Shown: positions 33,440 through 44,917 of the stretch, piece after piece
How the letters are laid out: each line of letters begins with the position of its first letter
Position numbering within the stretch: position 1 is the stretch's first letter
Assembly (NCBI GenBank): GCA_000091205.1
Contig: AP006499.2
Direction: 5' to 3' (one strand)
Source: Cyanidioschyzon merolae
Lineage: Eukaryota
Length of the DNA: 64,000 bases
Position numbers and translations under genes: made by a program
Notes under the pieces: model-generated
What the model was told of the DNA's origin: nothing
The model's input: the letters and a program-made list of their open reading frames with translations, nothing else
The model's database searches: none

Positions 33440-36400
33440 ATTATGCGGGTTCTCCTTTCTTTTTTGTGTGTTTTCTTTCAGTGCGCGGCGACGTATCCAC
33501 CAACCCCCTACCTCCAAGTTACATACCCTTTACTGATTCCAGGATATTCTGGTCGTTTCATACGTCCCATCGCGTGTGCCTCGTACCTGCCGTTCCGTAT
33601 TCGCCTTTGCGCTTGAACGCTGGAGCAGATAGTTCATGGAGCTGGAACAGCTTTTCTACACCACAGAGGGCGTCGGCTCGAGGCGTGCTTCACCCGACGT
33701 AGAATCGGATCTCGTCGTCAGTTTGTGCTCGGACAGTCTGCGGATGCAGGCTTGTCTTCGCTGCACGACACGCTGGAGAAACTTGGTTGTTAGGATATAT
33801 CGTGGAAGCCGCCTCTCTCCTTTGTGATCATGCATGGAATGCGTTGTTGTCGGTTGGCAATGCGGGTTTGTGCTTGACACCCACCACAGTGGGTAGGCGC
33901 AAAGAGCGCACTGAGCCCATGTGCGCATCCGATTCGCTGGACCTTCCGCCTAGAAGGTAGCATGTGAGTTTGTTCGCCACTAATGAGCGCTGAGGCTCGG
34001 TTAGCGGACCATCAGTTGCCAGTGCTACACTCAGGGTGAGTGTCCGGCCTTTTGCTATCACGGTGATGTCCAGCTGCTGCTGTCCTTCAAGGAGCTCGCT
34101 GCGCTCCTGCTTCGAGCGCGGGCACTGTAAGCCCAAATATGTCAGCGTCTCGGGGGTCTGGTCTCCAGAGCAGGGACAGTGTGACTCCCAGTGCGACTCC
34201 AGTGTTCCTATACGGCTTAGAGCCGGTGCTGGTAGCCAGATGCCACCAACGCGGATTTTGGCGAGCCACTGGGTACCTCGAGCAAGTCCCGGGAATTCCA
34301 GCGCCTCCCACCAGTACTTGCACGTGTTTGCTAGGTTGTAGTTCCGGTATACAGTCAAGCCGGCGTTAAGGGCGCGATTTGTTCCGTGTCTACGTTCCCA
34401 TATTGTTTGGACCGTTCGCTTGAGGCGGCGGGAGCCTTGTACATTTCTGGGGAACGATTGGAGCGCATTTTCGCCTAAGAGGCGCTTCAGCCAAATCTGC
34501 GCTGATTTCATCCAAGTGTTCTAGCGGTGCGTTGGGGTCTGCATGAAAATCCGACTCAAAGAGGTGCGCATAGTGGGCCCTTTGGCCCGTATACATGCCC
34601 GGCAGCCTGCTGCTATCGCTTCTGTCGAGGCTATTTGGAGTTCAAGTCCGAGTGCCAGCGCGGTGGTTGCTCTGCTCTGCACTGAGCATCCAACAACAAC
34701 GAGTCGCATTGCCCTGTTGGCGGCTGTCTGCGGACGCGAGGCATTTGTGTGCTTCATGCCGCACCACCCAGCACCCCAGGTCGTAGGCTGGATGATACAC
34801 ATCCTTAGTGCCCTCGTACGGATTGCTAAGGGGATAGAGGGGTCGGATAGGACTGGGCGTGCGATCGCTGTACGTCTACGCATCTTGGCGATCATCTCGT
34901 TAACGTGTGCCTTTTCGTCGAGCGTCAGCATGCGACAGACCCTGCAGATAGCGATATTTTTCCCCGATCGGACTTTCCTGATTCTGCAACCGCCACGAGC
35001 GATTGCGAATGCTCTGCGAGTCTCCATGGATGACCATGACGCCGCACTTCGATGCTCCTACGTTCATCTTCCAGCGATCGACCCAGGCGCTGACTTGTTC
35101 CATGCTACCCGCAAGCGTTTCCGGGGCGGGTGCCAACAACACGACATCGTCCGCGAATAGAAGGCCTGCGAGGCGGTTCCTATGCGAGGGCTCTTTACCG
35201 GGCTCTCCGCAGTCTATCCACGGCACCTCAAGTCCGTATTGTCTGCAGTTGTTCAGCGGATCGTTGATGAAGATGTTGAAAAGGAGCGGGGATGCGGGGT
35301 CGCCCTTTTGTAGTCCACGGCGGATTCTTATACAAGGGGTTCTTGAGCTGTCGCCCAGTCGGATGCGCATCCATGAGTCTGCATAGAGCGCACGGAAGAA
35401 CGCTAAGCACTTTCCGGAGACTACGGCACGTTCCATCTTCAAAAATAGAACCTCGTGCGGGACCGTGTCAAAGACCTTTTGGAAGTCGGTGAAGCATACG
35501 TAAGTTGGTTGTCGGTCACGAATAAAGCGACGTTGCGCCACTTCAATGAGGGTCAGGGCATGGCTCATGTACTCCTCGCGGCTCCGGAATCCAGCCTGCC
35601 CTGGGGCGAAGAACTTGCGTTGCTCGAGGCCCCTCTGAGTCCGGTTCGTGGGAATGGCGCAAAGTAGCTTTATGATTGACGGGATGAGGCGCATAGTCCG
35701 GTAGTTGTTCATGTCTGTGTGGGAGTCTTTTTTGAGGATCGGTACGACTTCGGCAGTCCTCCATACATCCGGGATGTACGTTTCTTCGAACATGCCTTGG
35801 ATGAGCTCCACAAGGCGTTTGCCTAAGCTTGTGTCAGGTTCATCTGGTATCGATGGTGTCCCTGTTGTCCCGTCTTTTGGGGTCGTCAGTTTCATCCACT
35901 CCGCAGGGATACCGTCGATGCTAGGTGTTTTGCGGTTGCATGACCTTAAGAGGGTCCGAACAGATTCAGGCCAGAAGATTGGCTCGTTCCATTCCGGTAC
36001 CGGGTCGAGGCGCGGTAGTTCTGCGGCATACTGGTGCCAATAGATTCGGTTTTGGCAGTGCCCAGTTGCGTCTTCATGTAATTCTGTGCCGTGGTCCGTC
36101 CAGGCCTCATTCACTGAGGCACCCTCCGTCCTCAGCGCTTCCTTATAAACGATTGGTGTGAGCCCCAGACACTTTTTTGGTGGGTCAAGTCTCGATCGGA
36201 TATAGCGCTAGGTCTCATCTTCGTTGGTGCTCTCGAGCATAGATTTCGCCAGGGAGGCGATTTTGCGGTTTCGATCCTCCTGTTTGTCTTCTCTGGAAAG
36301 TTTCTTCTTTCTTTTGATAGCTTCCTCATGTTGCGCCTGTAGCGCCGGTAGCGCTGCCTTCGCTTCCTTGTCTCCGGCGTTGGCGCGTATGGCGGTGCGT

Positions 36401-36750
36401 TTGACGATCTTATAGAGTCGGTGGCATTCATCAATCCGAGTTTTGGTACATCGTTTCAGGTACTGCGGTTTGCAACTGTTGCGTTCTGGTGCAAGCCGTC
36501 CCGGTTGGTCTAATGATTTGCATGCACGGCTTTTCGGTTCTTCAGCGCTGTGGGTAGGTGACTGAGTTGGGTGACGGCTTTCTTGAGTTCCTGCAGGGGT
36601 GCCCTTTCGGGGGATGACTTGTGATGGGCTCGTTTCGGAGTTCTTCTTTCTAGTCTTCTGTTTTTTCTCGTTGGGCTTCTTCTTCTTCGGGCGCTTTCCT
36701 GAGCTGCTTTCTCTGGATATTTTGCATCTAGGTGGATCATGAGGTTTCTG
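33440..36750 (-). mobile_element. L1-like non-LTR retrotransposon relic (RT plus zf-RVT), 5'-truncated and frameshifted
   Basis: ORF 34900..36114(-) is an RT: FFAPGQAGF, FTDFQKVFDTV, GLQKGDPASPLLFNIF, LLFADDVVL. ORF 33828..34511(-) has the zf-RVT motif HCPCSGDQTPETLTYLGLQCP. The two are in different frames with a bridging fragment (34521..35027). No APE domain upstream. An A-rich (minus-strand) stretch near 33450-33480 is a candidate 3' tail. Boundaries approximate. Confidence 0.6.
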
Positions 36751-37026
36751 TGCCTCCTTCTCCGTATCTGGTTGGGTCTCTTTCGCTATTGTAGAGTCCT
36801 CTATTGGTGTCTCTTCTTCGTTAATGTACTGATATTTCGTTAGCTTTTCTCGGAAGGCTGCAAGTGACCTGTTGGTTACTCTCCGGGCTTGGTGGTATGA
36901 AGCGATGCACTGCGTTGCACCGGCGCGCCGCTGCTACCCAGAGGCCGCGCCCTCGACCAGCGTCGCCGCCAAACCGTGCGCGCCCTATCTTGTACTTCGA
37001 GTCGGTTTCATCGTTCTTGTCGAAAA

Positions 37027-37523
37027 TGGCAGACGACGATGCTACTTTCGAGCAGGTATTACGCATGTACGGCAGCAAAACACCAAAATCACAAAAGATG
37101 CTCGCGTTTGTAGACTCCTTGATCCTTTTTCTCGTACCGCTGCTCGCGTACTGCGGGTTTCTGTTCCAGGTGGACGGACGCGATCCACTAATACTGGGAA
37201 CGCTGCTCACCAGTGCGTTGATTGTTATTCCGCTGCTATGGGTTTCTCACATTCGGTATGCACGTGCTAAGCTTGTGCAGCTCCAACGCACTGCAGCCGC
37301 GCCCCAGTCGGACGAAAAGCGTCTGGTACAAGTTGCCATGCTGCGGGCACTCGCTAGCAACAACATCTGGTACTTGGGACTCGTCGCGCTCTGCTGCGGT
37401 CACATTTTTAACGGGCGCTTCTTCGATGCGCTGAACTTTGGCATATCATCGTTGCTGGGAGCGTCGTTTCTTCTGGTAAACGCCTCTGCAGCAATGCAAG
37501 TTGCTCGCGAGAAACGTGCGTAG
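37027..37523 (+). CDS. hypothetical small multi-pass membrane protein
   Basis: MADDDATFEQVLRMYGSKTPKSQKMLAFVDSLILFLVPLLAYCGFLF...; three to four hydrophobic helices. ATG at 37027. No family assigned. Confidence 0.4.
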
Positions 37524-37801
37524 GAGCCGCTGAAGCACTTCCGTTCGACTCTGGAAACAAGGCGAATCGCGCGTGTACCAGTTTTACATATGGAAAATCT
37601 CGCAGTTCATTCGTTCATTCAACAGATGCAGCCATTCGAGGATGATGCGTCCCGCTGCCGCGCTGAACACGCAGCCAGCAACAGCCAGCCTTTGGCGAAC
37701 GCACAAAAGAAAAAGCACGAGAGCACCCCAGACTTAACAGGATGCATTGAATGCAACGGATAGGTCTTGTATTTGGACGACGGATGTGCATGTCGCGGAA
37801 G

Positions 37802-38419
37802 CTATCGAGTAATGCCATGCGAGAGGTCCACGAGGCCGCGATTGGGCTCCAAGCCTTTGGCCTTTAGCAATTCCAGAACCTTGGGCAGGGAGTCTCGTTG
37901 GCGCTTTCTATGGAGCTGACTCGCAACAGCGGTAAAGTGCGACGGTCGCAGACAGCTCGGTGGACTCTCCTCCAAAGCTCTCAAGGCGACTGCGGGGGCC
38001 TCTAGCTGACACGCTCGTCGCACGAAGTCTGAAACAAGAACCGAGTTCAGCAGCTTGGCGTTACAAAGCGCTTCCCAGAGCTGCGCAAGCGCCTCGGCGT
38101 CTTGCAACTTCGCAACCGTATAGCGGAGTGCTTGCGTGGCGATCAAGTTCTTGCAACCGAACTGTTCGGGGTTTTGTACAAGTTCTAAAATGCGATCGAA
38201 ACGTCCAGCGCGCAGGCAAGCACGCACGTATAGGCTCCAGGTATACTTGCTTAGCGGGATAAAGCGCCGGTGAAACTCCTTCTGTAAACGCGTGGCAGTG
38301 TCCAGGTCCTCTGAGTTTTCAACTTTTCGCAGAATCTCGCGAAAGACCTTTCTCCCAGGAGCTTGATCAGCAACCAGGCTTCTTTGTGCACGCTGAACTA
38401 GCTCAACCAGACTTCCCAT
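37802..38419 (-). CDS. hypothetical alpha-helical repeat protein
   Basis: ORF 37802..38533(-); internal Met MGSLVELVQ... Helical-repeat composition with no confident family match. Confidence 0.3.
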   Translation of the reverse strand: MGSLVELVQRAQRSLVADQAPGRKVFREILRKVENSEDLDTATRLQKEFHRRFIPLSKYTWSLYVRACLRAGRFDRILELVQNPEQFGCKNLIATQALRYTVAKLQDAEALAQLWEALCNAKLLNSVLVSDFVRRACQLEAPAVALRALEESPPSCLRPSHFTAVASQLHRKRQRDSLPKVLELLKAKGLEPNRGLVDLSHGITR

Positions 38420-38848
38420 GCAAGCTCTAGGTATATTTGGGTGCTGCAGGGTGCCAACAGCCAACTTTGCAACCAGTGCTCGGGGCAAGGCACTGGAACG
38501 GAGCGGGGGGCGCCCAGGGTGCCGCGGACGCATTCGGCGTCGTCAGCGCCACCGCCGAGAATGCAGGGCATGTGGGCATTACGCTCTTGCGGCGTGTGGC
38601 GTTGTGCTTCAGGAAACGAGGACTGGGTACAGAGAACGGGGCGGGGAGCAGGGTTGCAGGGTAAGCAAAGGCATCTTGTGGCTGTTTCTGTGCGGGCTTA
38701 CGTCGGACAGTCGCCGCAAGCCAGCCGAGACGCGAGACCTTGCGGTAAAACGGCCACAGCTGCTGCCTCTGCAGCAAGCCGCGCGATCCCACGGAGTAAG
38801 ACGAACGCCTGCGACCGTGGACGCTACTAGCGCCATTAAGGTTTCCAG

Positions 38849-38992
38849 TCCGTGCTGGTGACCTATGTATAGTGTGTCGTAGACGCCAGGGTAGATGCTG
38901 CTGCGTTCTGGAGCGCCCATGCCGTGCTGGCAACCTATAAATCGCATTTCGTGGACGCCGAGGTAGATGCTGCTGCGTTCCTCTGCCAGCCT
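38849..38992. repeat. 2 x 72-bp tandem duplication
   Basis: ccgtgctgg..acctat...tcgt.gacgcc.gggtagatgctgctgcgttc occurs at 38849 and again at 38921 with a few substitutions. Confidence 0.8.
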
Positions 38993-40178
38993 TTTTTCGA
39001 ACAAAGCAGCGACTGCATGAAGCGCTTCACGGTCTCAAAACCGCTTCAAGTAGCAGCCTTGGAAGCGACCGACTTGTCTTCTTGTTTTCCAGCGCATCAA
39101 GACATACACGTGCACGAAGGACAAGCCAGGAACGCACCGTAGCCCCATGGTACTGGCAGCCTCGTAATCAAGCCGCTCCCGCATGCAACCAGAGCGCGCT
39201 GCAAGTGATGAAAGCTTTACGATACTCAGCTCACCCCGAGTATTGCATACAGTGAAGACCGTATGTGACAAGCATATGTCTGATGCAGGTGCGCGAATAG
39301 TTGTTCAGGGCTGAGCCACTCCAACCATGTAAGCGACATAGAGTCTATGACCCTTGTCCGGACAGCGCGTCTCCGTATGCATCTGTTACGATGATGCTCA
39401 TGACGTACTGCCATCAGTCCAGGTTCCTGGTTGGACCGCAGCCGGCACCGTGCCGCCTGTGCGCTGCTGGACTCGTCTGAGCCCTTGCTAGAATGATCGG
39501 TTCAACGTTCGTGGCGGGCGCTTGCATGCCGTATGCCTCTCTCAAAAAAGAGACCCGCCTGGAGAACCCGGGGGCGCCTCCATTTGGTCAGCTCGAAGGG
39601 TCGATACGCCTAAACTGGCTCATTTGGATACACGAACGCCGTCGTTCCCTGGTACCGCGATTCTCATCACTTGTTCCGCCGACGCCTGGCGACGCCGAAG
39701 ATCCGAACGAGTGGAGCGCACCCGCGCTCCACCAGCGAAATTCCTCAAGTGTCACGAGAAGCCTACAAAACAAGCTCGACGTCTGGTAGTCGCCTCGTGT
39801 CGTCGGAATGAGCTCCAACAGCGGAATCCCGCGACTATCGCGAGGATCTTCCGCTTCAGGCTCGCCATCGAGCCATAGACCCCTGTCATTGCATCCAGCA
39901 AGCCTCTATCGCCGACTGGATGATAATGCGCGGGCTCATGGAAAGCGGAAGCGTCCAGAGCGGCATCATGGTCGCTTGACCGGCCACCGACAGATATCAC
40001 GCGCATCCTAGGGGTCCTCGCTGGATTCATAGATCGTGCCGCATAAGGAGCGGTATTCCCGGTATGCTCGATTCCGAGACGCTCCTCTGAACGTGAAACA
40101 TTCACAGGCGTGTGTCGCACCGGGTGACAGCGTTTCTTTACGGGGAAAGCGGGATTCGACTCGGTTCACTGAACCACG

Positions 40179-41087
40179 CTAAGCGTTACAGGGCGGCGCT
40201 CTCCAGAATGCAATCGGTTGCTCTTTCCAGAAACGCCTATCTCCAATATCCGTAACGACGACACGCAGCATATAATGGACAGAGAAGAGACCACAAACAT
40301 CTTCATAGGTTGGTGTAAGGTCATCGAATTGTCTCAAGAAGATGCGGATCGGTAGCTTGCAGGCTGGTTTCGGTGAGCCAGCGAGTACCTGAAAACTCCC
40401 CACGAGCACAGATTGCATCGGCAACGAGAAACCGCTTTCCTGCCGCCGTATCTCGATATCCGCTCGGCGAATGGCGATATGGTTGTCTAGGAAAGTGAGT
40501 GAGCCAACGATGACGTCCTCAATGGAATACGCTCGGCGATCTAACTGTAGCTCCAGGTTCAGAATATCTTCGAGACCCGCGTTGAAGTGAATGGCGGGGA
40601 AGAACCTGGGGGCTCGCTGCGATAATCGAACTACAACTTCCACACCAGTACTCCGTGAAGATAGACCGGAATATCCGTGAAAACTCAACACCACTCGATA
40701 TACGCAGCGAACTCGTGTGCTCTCGTAGGTGTCGTGGACGAGTTCTGCGCACCGGAAAGCGAACGGCAAAGAAACGGCCGCGTGAGGCTCCAGCTTCACG
40801 GACTCCGGTTTAAAGCTCAGTGTGCGCGAAAACACCTCCCAGTCACGTTGAGAAATGCCATACCCAACCGAGACCAGCGCCACCAGCTTCACTGTCAGGA
40901 GCGTGCACGGAAGCGGAAACGTTACCCGAGAGCGCACCACCGCACAGCCCGTGATTTGATCGCCCGTCGTGTAGATAGCCCGATTCTTGGGGTCTCGGGA
41001 CCTGAACGATCCCTCATCTAGCGATATCTGGAGATCAACGCGGTTTTGCAACGCCCAGCGGTACCGCAAGTGACGAAACAAAGACAT
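40179..41087 (-). CDS. VPS26-family (retromer / DSCR3-like arrestin-fold) protein
   Basis: LELQLDRRAYSIEDVIVGSLTFLDNHIAIRRADIEIRRQE and C-terminal TPTYEDVCGLFSVHYMLRVVVTDIGDRRFWKEQPIAFWR match the VPS26 pattern (KDVIVGKIYF...; FSVRYFLNLVL.DEEDRRYFKQQEI.LWR). ATG 41085-41087. Confidence 0.75.
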   Translation of the reverse strand: MSLFRHLRYRWALQNRVDLQISLDEGSFRSRDPKNRAIYTTGDQITGCAVVRSRVTFPLPCTLLTVKLVALVSVGYGISQRDWEVFSRTLSFKPESVKLEPHAAVSLPFAFRCAELVHDTYESTRVRCVYRVVLSFHGYSGLSSRSTGVEVVVRLSQRAPRFFPAIHFNAGLEDILNLELQLDRRAYSIEDVIVGSLTFLDNHIAIRRADIEIRRQESGFSLPMQSVLVGSFQVLAGSPKPACKLPIRIFLRQFDDLTPTYEDVCGLFSVHYMLRVVVTDIGDRRFWKEQPIAFWRAPPCNA

Positions 41088-41465
41088 GGTTGCCGCCTCT
41101 AGAGCCGAGACTCCCCGCGCGGACGCGAGCGTTGCATACGCACTGGTGTCCGCGGTTCCCCCACGCATACCGCACTAAGTTGGCGCGATCCACTCAAACT
41201 GACTCAGAAAACAGTCCGGACTCATGTTCCCAGATGCCACGCGCAGCGCTCACCACTGCTCAACAACAATCAATCGTTACGAATGCATCTGCACACCAGG
41301 GACTGTAGCACCAGCCTGCAGATCGCGCTCCCGAACGGCGACTGTGTCAGGCGGCAGCAATCGGGCATCCCGCCGATTCCTGCGCCAGGATGATCCCGCA
41401 GGCTCGTCGATGCCGTCGATCTTCCGCGCATCGTGTGCACCGCCGCTCGCGCGACGCCGCCGTCG

Positions 41466-41472
41466 CTGCGAT

Positions 41473-41500
<28 letters not shown>
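41466..41500. repeat. (GCAC)8 microsatellite
   Basis: gcacgcacgcacgcacgcacgcacgcacgcac read directly. Same motif as 10189. Confidence 0.9.
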
Positions 41501-41509
<9 letters not shown>

Positions 41510-41829
41510 CGGCGTTTGTAGACGGCGCTTCGGAACAAGGCGGTTTGTGAGCACTCCTTACATTCCCGACTCGGAGAGCAGCTTCGAAAAGAGCGGGGTT
41601 GGGAGCGGAACTCAAGTCGCACGAGTAAACGGGTGCTAAGGAGCGGTCCCGCATAACCGGTGAACGTCCCTGACGCTGAAATTGCGCACCAGCGACTGTT
41701 TTTCGGCAACCAAGTGCGCAGTTCAGTTGCGCTGTGCGTAACCTTTGGAGTCTGCTGGTTTGTACAAGCGAGATACTATATTTTGCACGAAGTGTGACAT
41801 ATTTTCTGGTCGCTCTTGAACCGATTAGA

Positions 41830-42924
41830 ATGCAGGCTTTTGTGGGCACCTTTACTGCCGCACGAGGCGGCTTCGTTTCTGCAAGGCGTGACGCGTTCCT
41901 GTGCGGTGCGGGACAGGTGCGCCCCGCAGCGCCGGTCGTACAGGCCGCGCCTCAGACCCTTGTCATGTCCGGGAAGACGACGGCGCTTCGTGGTAGAATC
42001 CGCACGATAAAAAACACCCAGAAAATCACAGAAGCAATGCGCTTGGTGGCTGCTGCGAAGGTGCGACGCGCACAAGATGCTGTTTTGAGGACGCGTCCAT
42101 TCTCAGATACACTGCAGAAGGTGCTCGGTGGCCTGCTCAGCCGCTTGAACTCTACGGAATACTTCGACCTGCCTTTGCTGAAGCAACGCGAAACAAAAAA
42201 GGTTCTGCTGGTAGCCATCAGCGGCGATCGCGGTCTCTGTGGCAGCTACAACTCGAGCATTCTCCGCAAGCTTCAGCTACGTATCAATGAACTCAAGGCG
42301 CAGAGCCTCGAGGTTGAGCTGGTCACGGTTGGAAGCAAGGTGACGCAGTGGGCACGTCGCCGAAACTACAAGATTCGACGCTCATTTTTATGTACGCAGC
42401 AGCCGACGTCATCCCAGGCGACGGAGATAGCGGATGTTTTGCTGGCGGCGTATCTGGGCGACGATGTGCAGCGGGTGGAGTTGCTCTACACGCGTTTCGT
42501 GTCATTGATCAGTTCCAAGCCCAGTATTCGGACAATGTTACCGCTAACTCCAGTAGGTCTGGAAATGGAAGGTGATGAGATCTTCCAGCTGACAACCGAG
42601 GAGGGCAAGTTCGCTGTCAAACGTTCGTTCCAGAAGCCGTCGCCCGAAGCGATCGAGATTACGCCTGACATGATCTTCGAGCAGGATCCGCTGCAGCTGC
42701 TCAACGCGCTACTGCCGCTGTACTTCAATGGGCAGCTCCTGCGAACGCTCCAGGAATCTGTGGCGGGAGAGCTTGCAGCGCGCATGTCGGCCATGTCGAG
42801 CGCCAGCGACAACGCCAAAGAACTCGCTCGCAAGCTCAACATCGAGTTCAACCGCGCACGGCAGTCCGCGATCACATCGGAACTTGCGGAGATTGTTGGC
42901 GGTGCTGCGGCCCTGGAGGGTTAA
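41830..42924 (+). CDS. atpC: ATP synthase gamma subunit, plastid/cyanobacterial type, with N-terminal presequence
   Basis: LRGRIRTIKNTQKITEAMRLVAAAKVRRAQDAVLRTRPF; EQDPLQLLNALLPLYFNGQLLRTLQESVAGELAARMSAMSSASDNA; ...ITSELAEIVGGAAAL. RRAQ/RPF and EQDP blocks are chloroplast/cyanobacterial signatures. No Cys-pair regulatory insert between TMLPL and EEGKF. First ATG 41830 (MQAFVGTFTAARGG...). Confidence 0.85.
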   Translation: MQAFVGTFTAARGGFVSARRDAFLCGAGQVRPAAPVVQAAPQTLVMSGKTTALRGRIRTIKNTQKITEAMRLVAAAKVRRAQDAVLRTRPFSDTLQKVLGGLLSRLNSTEYFDLPLLKQRETKKVLLVAISGDRGLCGSYNSSILRKLQLRINELKAQSLEVELVTVGSKVTQWARRRNYKIRRSFLCTQQPTSSQATEIADVLLAAYLGDDVQRVELLYTRFVSLISSKPSIRTMLPLTPVGLEMEGDEIFQLTTEEGKFAVKRSFQKPSPEAIEITPDMIFEQDPLQLLNALLPLYFNGQLLRTLQESVAGELAARMSAMSSASDNAKELARKLNIEFNRARQSAITSELAEIVGGAAALEG

Positions 42925-44025
42925 CAACAGTGCCTTAATGGGAGGCGGCTTCAGCAAGTAGACCATGCGATGCATACGGAACGAAGGTAAACATACATAA
43001 CACTCGCGAATGCGCAGTACGCGTGCTGCCGCCAGCGCGATGCATCACCTACCGCTCCACCTGAGCCGGCGACCCGGAGCCCGGCAACATGCCCGACGGC
43101 GTGTGTGCGTCTTGCCCTGGGCTTACGTCCTTGATGCCGCAAAAGCGACCGCATATGGCAATACTCCCGCTTAGCTACACGTGTGGTTACCTGGTCGATG
43201 TCTGCATCGCTCAGGTCTAAGAAACGCTGCGCAGCACATCGAGGCGAGCGGGTACAGCAGTGCGAAATGCGTCGAGCTGGTCAGTACGCAGCGTGCAGTC
43301 GAGTGCGGCATGGTGCGCGCGCAGGCAATCAAGCAGCGTTCTCCAGAACGTCGACGCATATGCGCAGAGACAGCACTGGGTTTGCGTATCATCGCCCAGC
43401 GTGTCGATGCTCGCTGTCACCGGCTCTAGTGGATACCAAGCGGCGGCGACCTGGCGTCTCAGCGTAGGCCGCGCCGGCTGTGTTGCCGCCTGCCTCAGCG
43501 CGACACGCAGCGTATACACGTTACCAGCCCCGGTATCCTGGCGCCAGGCACAGCACACGCGTCCCGAAACCTCCGGTCAGAACCACCTAGCCCATTCCGG
43601 AAACAGCGTTCCGGACTCCTTCGATACCACGCAGTGCAGGGCTCTTAGCGCTCTGTCACTATTGCCGAATAGTAAGCCTCAAAATCGATGAATCTATTCA
43701 GAGTAATCCCGATGCGCCGTATTCCATCCGAGATCAGGGTACGAGCTCCCACCTCTGCACCAGCCCAGTCATGCACCAATGAAAGCAGTGGATATAACTG
43801 CTTGGCATTCCTCGAGTGTCACTCGCGGCGACTGCCGCCTCATGAGGCGTCTCGCAGGCCGCGGGGGCGTCGCCGCAAAACGGCGCGCTTCCGCGGCGAT
43901 CGTCGCGGCAATCTCGATCTGCGGTGCGCCCGGTGCTCGCCTCTACGCCGATGCTTCTGTGCAGGGCGAAGGCGTAGGCGTACGTTTCTCCGGGGTTGCC
44001 GGTGCTGTGCTCGTGGACGCACGTC

Positions 44026-44898
44026 ATGCTAACAGCGTCGTCACCTGCAAAGACACAGACGGAACGCATCAAAATCATTAGGCCCAGTGGTATGACACTG
44101 GGCCAATTGCACACGCTCATAGAGTATGAGCCGACGATACGAACCCCCTTGGAAACTGTTGCAAGCGATTTCGCAGAGGTGCTCGGTGAACAGGTGGTGC
44201 TAACTCGCGGCGCTGAGGTGGTTGAAAAAGCGCCACCGGTCAAACGGGACGTGCTAGGAGAATGGTTGACCAGCTCTGGTGGCGGTGGCGGTGGCGGTGG
44301 TATTCTGACGCAGCTGCCGGCCTCACAGCGCTTCACCACAGCACCCGACGCGGCGCCGCTGGTGCTGCTGTCGGGCTCTTTCAACCCGTTGCACGAAGGG
44401 CATCGCCAGTTGCTCGAGGCGGCACGGAAAATGGTGGCGTGGGATGCTCGTGGCGGCTTTGAAATATCCGTGCTCAACGCGGACAAGGGGGCTATCTCCG
44501 AGGGGGAACTGCACCAACGCCTGCGCCAGTTCGCAGGCTATCGACCCGTGACCCTTACCAGAGCACCGCTGTTTACCGACAAGGCAAAGATTCTTCCTGG
44601 ACGAGTTTTCGTCATCGGAGTCGATACGATGCTACGGCTCGTCGATGCACGATACTACGGAGGCAACGAAACGAAGATGCGCGAGGCGCTCGAGGAAATC
44701 GAACGCTGCGGTTGCCGCTTTCTGGTAGCGGGACGCAAGGACCCGCGCGCTCCAAACCAGAACGACGCCCCGTTCCTGACCCGTGACGACGTCAGCATCC
44801 CACTGGGGCTCGAGTCGCTCTTCGGCAGCATTCCAGAACGACTGTTCCGGGTCGATTTGCGGTCAACAGATTTGCGCGAGGCGTTTACGCGCTCCTAA
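44026..44898 (+). CDS. NMNAT/NadD-like nucleotidyltransferase with N-terminal extension and poly-Gly tract
   Basis: LLSGSFNPLHEGHRQLLEAA (HxGH motif) and C-terminal DLRSTDLREA (SST-x-IR-like). (GGT/GGC)n 44278-44306 encodes SSGGGGGGGG. First ATG 44026. Confidence 0.55.
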   Translation: MLTASSPAKTQTERIKIIRPSGMTLGQLHTLIEYEPTIRTPLETVASDFAEVLGEQVVLTRGAEVVEKAPPVKRDVLGEWLTSSGGGGGGGGILTQLPASQRFTTAPDAAPLVLLSGSFNPLHEGHRQLLEAARKMVAWDARGGFEISVLNADKGAISEGELHQRLRQFAGYRPVTLTRAPLFTDKAKILPGRVFVIGVDTMLRLVDARYYGGNETKMREALEEIERCGCRFLVAGRKDPRAPNQNDAPFLTRDDVSIPLGLESLFGSIPERLFRVDLRSTDLREAFTRS

Positions 44899-44917
44899 TT
44901 GCCAGTCGTTCAGTCGC

